A stretch of 64,000 nt of DNA from Callorhinchus milii (taxonomy: Eukaryota): contig NW_024704742.1 of the NCBI RefSeq assembly GCF_018977255.1, positions 119,786,001 through 119,850,000 of the forward strand. The letters run 5' to 3'. Positions 1-12,566 of the stretch are shown piece after piece. The position numbers were made by a program, and so were the translations under genes. Numbering within the stretch: the first letter of the stretch is position 1; each line of letters starts with the position of its first letter. The notes below the pieces were generated by a model, which made no database searches, was not told the DNA's origin, and was given only the letters and a program-made list of their open reading frames with translations.

Positions 1-217
1 CTGCAACCATCTTTCTTTTTAAATAGAGTCAAGTCACTAAAGTCAATGGAGAAGCTGTTGCTTTATGTGTTACAGTTGGGTAACAGTTGGCTTCACAATA
101 AAAGAAACCACTTTCTGAGATAAAGGGATTTTTGTTGTTGAGATAAAGCATGATAACGTGAAATCTGTTCAATTGTTCCACTGATTCTAAACTTATGTTC
201 TATTTTGACTGCTACAG

Positions 218-348
218 TAAAGCCTGAACTACCATCTAAAATAACTTACAGAAAGAGTTCAGGAGAGTTACATCTGACTTGGAAAACTTTAAAGAACCTT
301 CGCTATGAGTTACATTACAAACAACGTGGAATGCCAAGCTGGATTTCA
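218..348 (+). CDS. Cytokine receptor exon: first half of CHR D3 domain
   Basis: gctacag|TAAAG...TTTCA|gtaagt. Encodes (V)KPELPSKITYRKSSGELHLTWKTLKNLRYELHYKQRGMPSWIS, the typical VKPxxP..LxW..YxLxY..W pattern. Phase 1 to 0. Confidence 0.9.
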
Positions 349-1951
349 GTAAGTAAACCCTTGGGAGATGAAAAGCATTGATGTATTTATCAGTTGTATC
401 TTGCAGCAAATATATACTGGCCCAAATATGTCTTGTTTACAAGTTCTAAGCATTGAAAAGGAGCATCTCTGAGTTTATTCATACTCTCTTTCTCTAACAC
501 AGTCACTACACTTTACAGTCAATTCTTGCGAAGCGTTTTGAGACATCTCAGCAATGTGATAATCTGCTATATCAAACACAATTATAGGATTTTTATTACT
601 CAGATCAAAATAGGCCAAAATAATAATAATAATAATAATATCAGGGGTAATTTCAAAATACATTTTAACCTATTTCTTAATTAATTAAAGACCAGAAATG
701 TGTTTAGGATAACCACAATTTTAACATAATTATAACTAGATTTACTGTAAAATGCATCATAGGTGCACATTCAAATTAATAATTATGTCATATCGTGAAC
801 GTTCTTTTTATGCCATTGAGAGTGCATATAATTTTCATAACATGACTGGGCTCAAGAATGGAAATATGTCTGGTCAAAATTTTGGTGCAAGTCACTGTTG
901 TCACTGCCACGAGTAACAATTTGATACCTTTTCCTTCTTTAACATCGCTAACACCGATTTGGTATTAAATACACTGATTTTTTTGCACTTTTTCTGCTGT
1001 GGAATTCCTCCTTAACAACTCTTAACAATTCCACAAAAGATTCAAAGGCCCCTTCCCATAATAAGAAATAAAATTGACCTGGGTTTGATTCCAGGCAGGG
1101 CGAAATATTGGGTAAGTTTCCTTACTCCACACTCTACTGTTTACATAGCAGTAAGTAGGAACCCAGTTGTTAGACGATTGGCGGATTGCTTTTCTGGGGG
1201 TAATAGTTCCTTAAAAAAAATAGTATATTGATCACTTCAATCCTCGACTATTTGTGGGACACTGCTGTGTGCAATTGCCTGCTGCGTTTCGCCCACAGAA
1301 TACACAGTTAATTCACTTCACAGTATATTTTGTGAAGTGCTTTGAGTTGTCTCGAAGATGTGATAAGGCGCTATATTAAATGCAAGGATTATTATTATTA
1401 TTATTATAGGCGTTATATCAAATACAAGGCTTATTACCATTATTATTATTTTGTGCTGGATAGGAATTTCAGAGACAGCCCTGAAAAATGTGTTAGGGTA
1501 TTGTGAAAGTCTGATATTAATAACAGTAATCTGCATTTATACCGACTCTTTCATGTAAAAATAAGTGCTTTGAAGCACTTTACAAAATCATTAGATTAGA
1601 AAGAAAGCGAATGTACCTAGGCAAAAGAAGGAGCTGATCTGCACTGGCAAAAGCCCATAAATAACAATCAAATGAGCAGTCGATATCAATGCAGCCTTGT
1701 TAAAATACGTTTCAATAACAGCGCAGATTCATTTATAACATGAATGGTGTGTGGTCCCCAAACATTATGTATGTTAGTGCTCCGAGACGCTATCTGCATG
1801 TAGAGCGCAATATAAATGCATGTTGTTGTTGTTGTATATGCCAGGCCAGCCAGTTTGATTCCTGCATTAAAAATGTCCAGGTCATTAAGTTGCCACTGAC
1901 ATCACCTCCTGCACATTGTAATGCATAACAACAACAACAAGATTCCATTTA

Positions 1952-2640
1952 TAACATAAGAACATAAGAAATGCTAGACAAAAAAAGACCAAGTCCATCT
2001 AGTTTGCCTTCCAGCGTCCTAGCAGTCGCATGCACATATGTTCCAAACTACCTATGTATTATATCCCATAATGTTATTTCCTAAAAAAAAGAAAACTATT
2101 TTCAACACTTCCTGCTTCAACTGTCTCCCTAGGGAGCCTGTTCCACAGGATCACTATTCACTCATTGAAATAGTAGATTCATTCTGAATTTACCGCCCCT
2201 TCAATCACAGGCCATGCCCTGTGGTTTTACTGTCTATACTAATCTATATTGATTGGCTCCTTCAGAATCTTAAAGACAGCAATCATGTCGCCTCTCAATC
2301 TTCTCTTTTCTAGCGTGAATTTACCCAATTTACTAAGTCGCTTCTCATAGTCCAGTCCCTCCATTCCGTCAATCATTTTGGTTGCCCTCCTCTGTATCTT
2401 CTCCACTTCTCCAGTATCTTTTTTATACTGCGGCGACCAGAACCGTACACAGTACTCTAAGTATGGTCTCACCAATGATGTATACAGTGGTAGGATTACC
2501 CCATTATTTTGGCTTGCTATTGATCTTTTGATACATCCCAACATCTGGTTTGCTTTACTCACTGCCACAGAGCATTGTTGGGAGAGCTTCAATTTATTGT
2601 CAATCAGGACCCCCAGGTCCTTTTCATTTTCCGTACATAT
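1952..2640 (-). mobile_element. CR1 LINE, 5'-truncated 3' end
   Basis: EKDLGVLIDNKL...LVRPYLEYCVRFWSP...LEKRRLRGDMI; short tandem tail (cataagaa on +). Confidence 0.9.
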
Positions 2641-2912
2641 TTCATAAATATTCCATCCATACATTCCATACACAACACATAAGACAAGGGTGACCGCTGG
2701 TTCCGTGGACGTCCTCTATTTGATTTAGAATGAAACTGAGACAATTAACACTTCTCATAGGTGGCTATTGGACCCTTTACATTCATCAAAAAACAAGTGG
2801 AATTAAAATTGAGGAAGAAGAAAACAAAAGAAAGAAAAAAATAAGAAAATAAATGAATAAAAATAGGGAAAATAAATACCCAATAAAATTTATATTTTTG
2901 CTAACATGAGAG

Positions 2913-3335
2913 ATCAGCCTGCCTCAGTTACTAGTACTCCTGTCTCTGAGTCAGAGGTTGCAGGTTTCAGCTGCACGTTGGGACTTTGAGCTCATAGCCT
3001 AACATTTCAGTGCATTACTGGTGCTGAATTGATGGAGGTGCCATCCTTCAGATGAGACATTAAACCAAGATCATGTCTGCTTGTTCAGATGGATGTTAAA
3101 AACCCATAGCGCTATTAGAAAAGTGAAGGGAGTTTCTTCCAGTGTCGTGGCCAACAATCCTGCAGTTAAAATAATTGGTGATTCACTTCATGGTTGTTTA
3201 TGGGACATTGTTGGGCACAAATTGGCTGCTGCATTCACCTACAAAACTACAGTCATTACATTTTATAGTAAAATTTTGTGAAACGCTTTGAGATGTTTTG
3301 ATGACATTATAAAGTGTTATCTCAAGTGGAAGATT
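2913..3335 (+). mobile_element. Deu-domain SINE (SacSINE1/AmnSINE-like)
   Basis: tRNA-like head, then ggaggtgccatccttcagatgagacattaaacc...gatgttaaaaacccat...gtgtcgtggccaac (Deu core), then L2-like tail. Confidence 0.78.
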
Positions 3336-3584
3336 TTTTTTAAAACAGGGAAATTTGAAGCTCAAATAATGAGATACATGAATTTTAAGTGAAGGAGGAA
3401 ACCCCAGTATCTAGGAGCATGTCTGATACAACACAAATGTCGTCATTTCGTACATACACACTGTTTCCGTTATCTCTCTACTCTTGTTAAAGTGCAGATG
3501 CATGGAAACCACAGGCTTCCTAAACCACATAAGAACCAAGCAGTGAAAATGCTCTTTAAACATGATTGTAAAAAGCCCCAAATT

Positions 3585-4330
3585 ACATTTGTATAGCCTC
3601 TTTCATATCGGGAGGACATCCCAAGGCGCTGGTCAGTCAAGGTTTTGGACCCGACCTGGGGGTCAGTAACGGGGAGGGTGAAGAGCAGGGAGGCTAGGAG
3701 GGTGGCCGAAGGCTTGGTTGAAGAGGAGAGTTTTGAGACATGGGAAGGAGGCAAGGGAGGGAGCGAGGCAAAGGGAATGTGGGTTGGAAATCCATAGGGT
3801 GGAGGCAGAAAGCTGAAGGCCCATTCGCTGATGGTGGGGTAGGCTGGGTGGGAGATATGGAGCAGGCCAGAGCCTGCTGAGCGGAGGGAGTGGACAGGTT
3901 GATATGGGCTCAGAAGGTCACAGAGGTAGGGAGGGGCAAGGCCATGGAGGGCCTTGAAGGCGAGGACGAGGATTTTGAACTCTATCCTCTGGGGGACAGA
4001 GAGCCAGTGGAGCTGGACGAGGATGGGGGTGGTGGGGTCACGGAGGCTGGTGCAGGAGAGGACATGAGCTGCAGAATTCTGGATGATCTGCAAAACATGG
4101 AGGGAAGAGTTGGGAAAGCTGACAAGCAAGAGGTTGGGTAGTCAAGCCTAGATGTGATGAACGCATGGATGAGGGTTTTGGCAGCCTGAGGCAGTGGCAA
4201 AGCCAGGCAATGTTGCGGAGGTGGGGGAAGGCAGAGCGGGTCATGGCACTGATGTGGGGTAGAAAGAACAGTTGAGGGTCAAACAAGACAGCAAGGTTCC
4301 GGACTGGCGCAGTGAGATGGAGTGTGCATC
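3585..4330 (-). mobile_element. L2 LINE 3' fragment
   Basis: LIHAFITSRLDY; LQIIQNSAA; LHWL..QRIEFKILVL.FKALHGLAPPYL. Confidence 0.9.
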
Positions 4331-4731
4331 CTTAGATGGTGATGACAGTACAGCCAGTCTTGCTCATTGGCAGGACCTGGAAGGGCAGACCAATCATTAA
4401 GAGCCCACTCAGCTCCTGTTAACCCTGCAAGCCAAAGTCCTAATGAGTAGGGTGGTTCTAGCTGGACAACCAGCAAGAAAACTTGACAGGCAGCAATATC
4501 AATGGCAAGCTATGTGGTTTTAGCTGGTTAGCCTCCAGCAGTACCTCAACGCACACTCTGGGGTCCCCAAGCCGTGGCTCTTGCTAACCTGCACCTAATT
4601 CTTTCCAGAATTAGGTAAACAGGATGTGTCCCTCCAAGGAGAGAGTGTATATTCCATTCCAACAATCTATCTCTGGAATTTCCATGTATAGGTGGGATGC
4701 ATGGAAATCTCAGTTTGGTTTGGATACTCTT

Positions 4732-5181
4732 ACAACAACAACAACAATAACAACAAGATTCCATTTATTGAGCGCCTTTCATGTCGGGAGGACGTCCCAA
4801 GGCGCTGTACAGTTGGGTCAGGATCCAAGCAGGGGGGAAATGGTCAGGGTGAGGGGAGGAAAGGGAGGGAGCGAGGAGGGGGTAGAGAGTCGAGAGGGGA
4901 GCTGAAGGCACGGTCAAAGAGAAAGGTCTTGAGACCGGCCTTGAAGGAGGAAAGGGAGGAGGCGGCGAAGGCACTGGGGGATAGAGTTCCAGAGCCTAGG
5001 GGCTGAGAGGCTGAAGGCCCGGCCACCGATGGTAGGGCGGTTGGGGTGGGGTATGTGGAGCAGACCGGAGCCAGAGGAACGGAGGGTACGGGCAGGTAAG
5101 TAGGGGGATAGTAGGTCAGAGAGGTAGGAGGGAGCAAGGCCGTGAATGGCCTTGTAGGTGAGGATGAGGAACTTGAATTTG
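4732..5181 (-). mobile_element. Young L2 LINE 3' fragment with (TTG)n tail
   Basis: Near-identical to the 3' part of 9608-10417; FKFLILTYKAIHGLAPSYLSDLL. Confidence 0.92.
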
Positions 5182-5494
5182 AGCATAGTGATGAGTTTCT
5201 ACATGTGTCAGACCAAAAAAAATCAGTGTGTTGATTATCATCAGGCTGCTTTTTTCACTGCATGTGAATCATGGGATGTGTTAACAAATGCTTAGTTTCC
5301 ATTGGTCAGGTTCTGCAGTGCACACTCTTTCTCCCCAGAGGGACTAGCCCTAATCCCAGAGGGTTTAAGAACTGGTTGAGAAAGAGCCAAGGTTTAGGAA
5401 TCCCAGAGGGTACATTTGGATTGCTGGAGTTTAACCAGCTATCATTGTTTCTATAACAAGTAAACAGAGACTAACTACATTTTTATTCCTAAAG

Positions 5495-5624
5495 CTTATA
5501 CCTGTACTGTCTGGAGAGGCTCATGTATCAGGATTAGAAGAACTCGCTGCCTATGAGTTTCAAATGTGCTGCAGATCTGAATCATCGCCCTGTTTCTGGA
5601 GTAACGTTTACCATGTTCCACCCG
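5495..5624 (+). CDS. Cytokine receptor exon: second half of CHR D3 with degenerate WSxWS (SSPCFWS)
   Basis: ttttattcctaaag|CTT...CCCG|gtaagt. Encodes LIPVLSGEAHVSGLEELAAYEFQMCCRSESSPCFWSNVYHVPP. Phase 0 to 1. Confidence 0.88.
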
Positions 5625-5649
5625 GTAAGTAAGTACGTTAGCCATTGCA

Positions 5650-6500
5650 ATTGGTTTGCATGAAAGCACAATCGAAGAGGAAGGTCTTCAGTCGAGAATT
5701 GAAGTAGGCAAGAGAATGGGTACGGTGGAGGGATTGAGGGATAGAGTTTCAGATTGTGGGGGCAGAGATGTTTAATGCCCAACCGCCAATGGTGGAGCGG
5801 GCAGTGCGGGAGACCTGAAGCAGGCCAGTGTCCGCCGAGTGGAGGGAATGGACAGGCTGATATGGAGTTATGAAGTCAGAGAGGTAGTGGGGAGCAAGAT
5901 GTGGAGGGCCTTGAAGGTAAGAACAAGAGTTTTGTACTCGATTTTCTGAGGAATGGGGAACCAGGCAAGAACAGGGGTGATAGGTTCCCGGAGACTGGTG
6001 TGGGAGAGAACACAAACTGCAGAGTTCTGAATAATCTGCAGCTTGTGGAGGGAAGAGTTGGGAAGCCTGGTGAGCAGGCAGTTGGTGGAGTCAAGCTGGG
6101 ACCTAATGACAGCGTGGATCAGGGTCTCGGCGGCCTGCGGTGAGAGGCAGTGGCGGAGGTGGGCAATGTTGTGGAGGTGTGGAAAGGCGGAACGGGTCAC
6201 GGCACAAATGTGGGGTTTGAAAGATAGCTGAGGGTTGAAAAGGACTTCAAGGTTTGGGATTGACTCGGTGAGGTGAAGAGTGGCGTCATGAAGGGTGATA
6301 GTATCAGCGGCTGAGGTGAGGAGGCGCTGCCGGAAGCCAAGCAGGCGGGCCTCTGTCTTGCCAACATTGAGCCGGAGGAAGTTGGCTCTCATCCAGGACT
6401 TGGTGTCAAACAGACAATTAGCCAGGATATCAACGGTCCTGGAGTCGAGGGTGAAGGCGGCGAGATAGGGTTGGATGTTATCCGCATACATGTGGAAAGT
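5650..6500 (-). mobile_element. L2 LINE RT fragment
   Basis: FHMYADNIQ...NFLRLNVGKTEA...AAETLIHA. Confidence 0.9.
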
Positions 6501-6791
6501 ACAGTGCTTGAGGAGCTCTGCATTGTCAGACATGTTGTCTTTTGGGTGAGACATTAAAGGGAAGTACTGTTCAGGTGGATGTTAAAGATTCCGTGACACT
6601 ATTCAAAAAGAGGAGTTTCTTCCAATGTTTTGGCTAACAAACATCCAGATAAAATCGGCATTCACTTCATAGCTGTTTGTGAGCCATGTGTGTGTAATTA
6701 CCTGTGAAGTGCTTTTAGATTTCAATATTATAGGTGATACATCAGCTCCAAGGATTATTATTACATTTTAGACTTTATGATTTGTACAAGC

Positions 6792-7109
6792 AATAATAAT
6801 AATAATCCTTGCATTTGATATAGCCCTTTTCACGTCGGGAGGACGTCCCAAAGCGCTTCACAGAACACACTGTAAAGCGAATTGACTGTATATTTGTGGG
6901 CAAACGCAGCAGCTAATTGCGCACAGCAATGTCCCACAAACAGTCGTAGATTGAAAATGACCAATTTATTGTTGTTTTTTGTTTTGGAGGGATTATTATT
7001 AGTTGTGTGGAGTAAGGAAACTTGCCCAAGGTTTCGCCCTCTGCCTGGAATTGAACTCAGGTCTCTCACTTGCAAAGCGAGTGCTCTAACCACTGAGCTA
7101 CAGGACTCC
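6792..7109 (-). mobile_element. tRNA(Ala)-derived SINE, full length
   Basis: Reverse complement closely matches 46117-46437. Confidence 0.9.
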
Positions 7110-7557
7110 ACATTGAGGTATTGAGTATTGAGTATTGAGGTCGCTGGACATTCAAAGTCTTTTTGCAAGTAAATTATTACTATTTACTAATAAATAGTAA
7201 ATAAGTGTCATTCCTGCCCACGATCTTTCCCCATTACTTATAAAGCTCGGGTGCAAATCCTCGACTGCCCAGCGCTTTGGGATGTGAAAGACACTATGCA
7301 ATGTAAATTTATTGTGTTGTTATATTGTCACTTGCAGTCGTGTTTGAGCGAGCTTCAACCATACACTGAATACCATAGCATACATGGGCATTGGTGAAGA
7401 TTAGTTGAGTACAGTTACACATTGTAACTTTGTAATTTTTCGTTGATTTTTAGTACTTTAATCTGGCGATCGTGAGCCAATATTCACAGCAATTTGAAAC
7501 AAGGCCGACAATAGAGCAAGATTTCAACTAACAATAATTCTTTCTATTTTATCATAG

Positions 7558-7643
7558 AACTGAGAGAAATGCCTCAAATTCATTTGCCCATCCATACTAT
7601 ACAAAACAAAAATGGAAAGCGTACGATTTCTTTAAGTTGGGAG
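7558..7643 (+). CDS. Cytokine receptor exon: start of first membrane-proximal FN3
   Basis: ttttatcatag|AAC...GGGAG|gtacgt. Encodes (E)LREMPQIHLPIHTIQNKNGKRTISLSWE, the short exon typical of tall receptors. Phase 1 to 0. Confidence 0.88.
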
Positions 7644-7689
7644 GTACGTGTGCTAATTTTCTTTACTTGTATACGGGAAGGTTACAATA

Positions 7690-10600
7690 AGAACAACAAA
7701 TTATATTTATAGAGCGCCTTTCACGTCGGGAGGATGTCCCAAAGTTCTGGACAGTCAGGGGTCAGGATCCAAGCATGGGGGAGGGGTGGGGTACGGGGTG
7801 AGGGAAGGCAGTGAGGTGGGAGGGCGTGTCGGGCGGGAGACATGGAGCAGGCCGGAGCCCGCTGAACGGAGGGAGCGGGCAGGTTGGTAGGGAGTCAGCA
7901 GGTCAGAAAGGTAGGAGGGGCAAGGCCATGGATGGCCTTGAAAGTGAGGACGAGGATCTTGAATTCAATCCTCTGAGGGATGGGGAGCCAGTGGAGTCGG
8001 GCCAGGGTGGGAGTGATGGGGTCACGGAGCCTGGTACGTGAGAGTACAGGAGCTGCAGAGTTTTGGATGATCTGCAGCTTGTGAAGAGAAGAGTTGGGAA
8101 GGCCGATGAGGAGGGAATTTCCATAATCGAGCCTTGATGTGACGAATGCATGGATAAGGGTTTCGGCAGCCTGAGGGGTGAGGCAGTGGCAGAGTCTGGC
8201 AATGTTGTGGAGGTGGTGGTAGGCAGTGCCGGTCATGGCACGGATGTGGGGCAGAAAGAACAGTTCAGGGTCAAACAAGACACCCAGGTTCCTGACTGGC
8301 TTAGTGAGGTTGAGTGTGCAGCCGTGGAGGCTGATGCTGCCAGCGGCCAAGGTGTAGAGGCGCTGGCGCGAGCCAATCAGGAATGCCTCGGTCTTGCTGA
8401 CGTTCAGTTGGAGAAAATTGTCCCTCGTCCGGGACTTCATGTCAGATAGGCAGTCGGTCGGGACGCCAGTTGTCCTGGAGTTGAGGGTGGAGGTAGAAAG
8501 ATAGAGTTGGGTGTCATCCGCATTCCATGTGAAAATTTACCCCATGTCTGCGGATGACGTCACCAAGGAGGAGCATGTAGAGGATGAAGAGGAGGGGACC
8601 GAGGACAGAGCACTGAGGAAAGCCGCACGGGATGGTGTGGGGGCTGGAGGATAAGCCATTTGCTGAGACGAAGTGGAGGCGGTGTAAAAGGTAGGACCTG
8701 AACCAGTCAAGGACAGAACCTTGGAGGTTGAGATGGGAAGAGAAGTGGTGGAGAAGGATTGAATGGTCCACCATGTCAAGAGCAGCGGAGAGGTTGAGGA
8801 GGCAGAGGGAGCCCTGGTCACACATGGTCAGGATGTCATTTGTGACCTTGAGCAGAGTAGACCAGAGAAACTCGATTGGAGGGGCTCATGGACGGAGTGG
8901 GAGGAGAGGAAAGAGCGAAGCTGGGAGGCAACGGCTCTCTCAAGGATCTTGGACAGGACAGGAAGGTTTGAGGTGGGCCAGTAGCTGGATAGCTGTGATG
9001 GGTCAAGGGAAGGTTTTTTCAAGGTGGGGGCGATAGTAGCTGTTTTGAAGGGGATAGGAACAGTGCCAGATAACAGGGAGAGATTAATAATGTCAGCGAG
9101 TAGTGGGGCAAGGAGGTGGAGCTGGGATTTAAGGAGAGGGGTGGGGTTGCCCTTTGCCTCCAGGATTAACCTGGAATAGAAGGATGATTTGGCCGAGGCA
9201 AGAGCAGAGCGGTAGGTTTTGATGTAGTCCAGCCAGATCTGCCAGTGGACCATTCGGGCGTTTTGAGCCAAGTGCATTCAGCAGCCCGCACCTGGCCCTT
9301 GAGTGAGCGGAGGTGGCTGGTGAACCTGAGTGAGGATCGAGAATAAGAGGCAGTTCGGGAGGTGAGGGGAGCAAAGCTGTCGAGTGTGGTGGAAAGGGTG
9401 CTGTGGAGGAGAATAAATGCAGAGGATGGGTTAGTGCGGGAGGTGGGCCAGAGGGGGAGGAGTTCAGAGGACTCCAGGGCAGCAGAGAGGGATTGCGGGG
9501 AAATCTTCTTCCACGGGCAGTAGGAGATGGTGGTAGGTTTGGAGGCAGTGGGGAGAGGGATATAGGAGTTGAGGGAGATGAAATGGTGGTCAGAGATGGC
9601 CTTGTTGACAACATCAGCATCCAAGGCTGCACTCTCCACCTCTCAAAGCCAGTCAGGAACCTCGGGGTTCTGTTCGACCCTGAGCTGTCCTTTCTCCCTC
9701 ATATCCACGCCACAACTGGCACCGCCTTCCATCACCTCCGGAATGTCGCCAGACTACGGCACTACCTCACCCCTCACGCTGCTGAAACTCTGGTCCACGC
9801 CTTTATCACCTCAAGGCTGGACTATGGGAACTCTCTCCTCGCCGGCCTTCCCGGCACCTCCCTCCACAAGCTGCAGGTCATTCAGAACTCTGCAGCTCGT
9901 GTACTGTCCCGCACCAGGCTTCGCGACCACATCACTCCCACCCTCGCTCGCCTCCACTGGCTCCCCATCCCCCAGAGGATCGAATTCAAGATCCTCATCC
10001 TTACCTACAAGGCCATTCACGGCCTTGCTCCCCCCTACCTCTCCGACCTACTATACCCCTACCTACCTGCCCGTACCCTCCGTTCCTCTGGCTCCGGTCT
10101 GCTCCACATCCCCCGCCCCAACCGCCCTACCATCGGCGGCCGGGCCTTCAGCCTCTCAGCCCCTAGGCTCTGGAACTCTATCCCCCAGTGCCTTCGCCTT
10201 GCCTCCTCCCTTTCCTCCTTCAAGGCCGGTCTCAAGACCTTTCTCTTTGACCGTGTCTTCAGCTCCCCTCTCAACTCTCTACCCCCTCCTCGCTCCCTCC
10301 CTTCCCTCCCCCTGACCATTTCCCCTTTGCTCGGGTCCTGACCCAACTGTGCAGCGCCTTGGGACGTCCTCCCGATGTGAAAGGCGCTCAATAAATTGAA
10401 TCTTGTTGTTGTTGTTGGTGGTGATGGTGACATCCGAGACACTGAGGCCCTGGGTGATCACCAGGTTGAGCGGGTGACCGTGAATGTGGGTAGCAGAGTG
10501 GACGTGGAGGGAGAGTTTGAGAGAGGAGAGGAGAGAGAAGTCTGAGGAGGTGGGGCAAGAGGGGGTGAAGTGGAGGTTGAAGTCGCCTAGGATGATGAGG

Positions 10601-10890
10601 TGGTCGGAGCAGAGGCAGAGGGAAGTTAGGAGGGTCAGAAATGAAGATGGGGGAGGATTTTGGGGGGGCGGTAAGGTAGGAGGATTTTCAGAGAGGTGGG
10701 AGGGATGGCAGAGGGTAAGATGCTTGAAGGAGGGAAACGAGCCGGTAGCCCTGGATATGAGAGCACACCACCGCCACGACATTTGGGGCGTCAGGCATGG
10801 TGGTAGGTGTAGCCGGGTGGTGTGGCCTCAGTGAGCGGGAAGGTGTCACCTGGGGTGATCCAGGTTTCTGTGAGGGCCATAATGTCAATG
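7690..10890 (-). mobile_element. Older L2 LINE (APE endonuclease + RT, decayed), interrupted by a younger L2
   Basis: LIILGDFNLH...THIHGHPLNLVI...AISDHH (APE); [29 protein letters not shown] (RT). Confidence 0.92.
9608..10417 (+). mobile_element. Young 5'-truncated L2 LINE nested in the older L2
   Basis: Uninterrupted ORF2 C-terminus to the stop at 10341; 3' UTR ending gaaaggcgctcaataaat...(TTG)n. Confidence 0.95.
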
Positions 10891-11059
10891 TGCATCAGCC
10901 AAGATGCGCACGCTGGGACGAGAGGCGGCGGGCTAGTGGGACATTGGCAGCCTGCAGGAGGAATGCAGTGAGACGTTTTACCGCGGCTTTTAGTTTTTTT
11001 CTGGTTCTGTCTTTTGAGTGTGACATCACGTTGAGGTCACTTGTTGTTTATCTGCAGAT

Positions 11060-12040
11060 GCTCCGCTCTATCATGTCTGTGCCGGCTCTTTGAAAAGAGC
11101 TCTCCAATTCAATCTCACTTCCCTGCTCTCTCCCCATAGCCCTGCAAACTTGTCCTCCTCAAATAATTATCTACTTCTATTAAGTCTCCTCTTAACCTTC
11201 TCTGCTCCAAGGAGAATAATCCTAGCTTCTCTAGTCTCTCCTGATAACTGAAGTCCCTCATTCCTGGTACCATCCTGGTAAATCTCCTTTGCACCATCTC
11301 CAATGCCTTGACATCCTTCCTAAAGTGTGGTGCCCAGAACTGAACGCACTACTCTAGCTGAGGCCTGACCAGTGTTTTATAAAGGTTCATCATAACCTCC
11401 GGACTTTTGTATTCAATGCCCCTATTTATAAAGCCTAATATCCCGTATGCTTTTTTAACAGCTTTATCTACCTGTCCTACCACCTTCAAAGATTTACTGA
11501 TTTGAACCCCCAGGTCTCTCTGTTCCTTCATCCCCTTTAAGATTGTACCATCAGCTTATATTGCCTCTCCTCATTCTTCCTACCAAAATGCATCACTTCA
11601 CATTTCTCCACATTAAACTTCATCTGCCACATATCTGCCCATTTTACCAGTCTGTCTAAGTCCATTTGCAGTTTGCTACTATCCTCCTCACTGTTCACTC
11701 CTTTTCCTAGCTTAGTATCATCTGCAAACTTGGAAATTGTACTCCCTATACCCAAGTCCAGGCCATTTGTATAGATCAAAAGCAGCAGTGGTCCCAATAC
11801 TGATCCCTGAGGGACACCACTGCACACTTCCCACCAGTCAGAAAAACAACCGTTCACCATCACTCTCTGCTTTCTGTCTCCCAGCCAGTTCTGTATCCAT
11901 GCTGCCATTATTTCTTTCATACTGTGGGCTTCTATTCTGCTTACAAGTCTCTTATGTGGCACTTTATCAAACGCCTTTTGAAAATCCATTTAAGCTACAT
12001 CAACTGCACTACCTTCATTCACCCCCTCCGGTACTTCATC
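11060..12040 (-). mobile_element. CR1 LINE RT fragment (frameshifted, internally deleted)
   Basis: [11 protein letters not shown]...[12 protein letters not shown]...[28 protein letters not shown]. Confidence 0.93.
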
Positions 12041-12242
12041 AAGCAATTGTGTTACAGTTATGTTTTGTGACGCCAGGAATCCAAGCTCATACCAAACACT
12101 GCAATTATGGCGATAATTAATGCTAGGACTACTTTAAGGAAGACTTAAGGAATACTTAAATTTTTTATCCCATCATGTATTGTGTTTTGTTTAGTTTGAT
12201 CAGAATTCCCAACAGCTTTTTGCATTAAGGTTTTTCTTTCAG

Positions 12243-12459
12243 AATCCAACTGGGGTTGTCAATGAATCAATAGATGGATACAGTGTCACCATTGAAAGGC
12301 TCCCTTCAAACAAAAGAGGCAATTGGACATTTACAAGAATCAGCAGGGAGTGTACTGTCATCCTTTCAGGAGCCAGTTTCAAAGTTCAGGTTCTGGCTTA
12401 TAACGCAGCCGGAACCTCTCCTACATCAGAAATAACAATCCCACCTTTTACACAGATGA
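12243..12459 (+). CDS. Cytokine receptor exon: FN3
   Basis: tttttctttcag|AAT...ATGA|gtaagt. Encodes NPTGVVNESIDGYSVTIERLP...VILSGASFKVQVLAYNAAGTSPTSEITIPPFTQM. Phase 0 to 1. Confidence 0.92.
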
Positions 12460-12566
12460 GTAAGTGGGATAAAAAATAATTATATGAAAAAATTAACTTA
12501 CCTTACTCAAATGTCACTACCTTCCTTGTTTTCACATCTAAAACCTAACATTTCATCTTTCCACAG

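Noticed and set aside
1740..1800. NGVWSP as a possible WSxWS exon
   Set aside because: No matching splice sites or FN3 context; the 5495-5624 exon fills this position in phase.
9403..10341. 312-aa ORF
   Set aside because: Chimera of antisense old-L2 sequence and the nested L2 ORF2 C-terminus; not a host gene.
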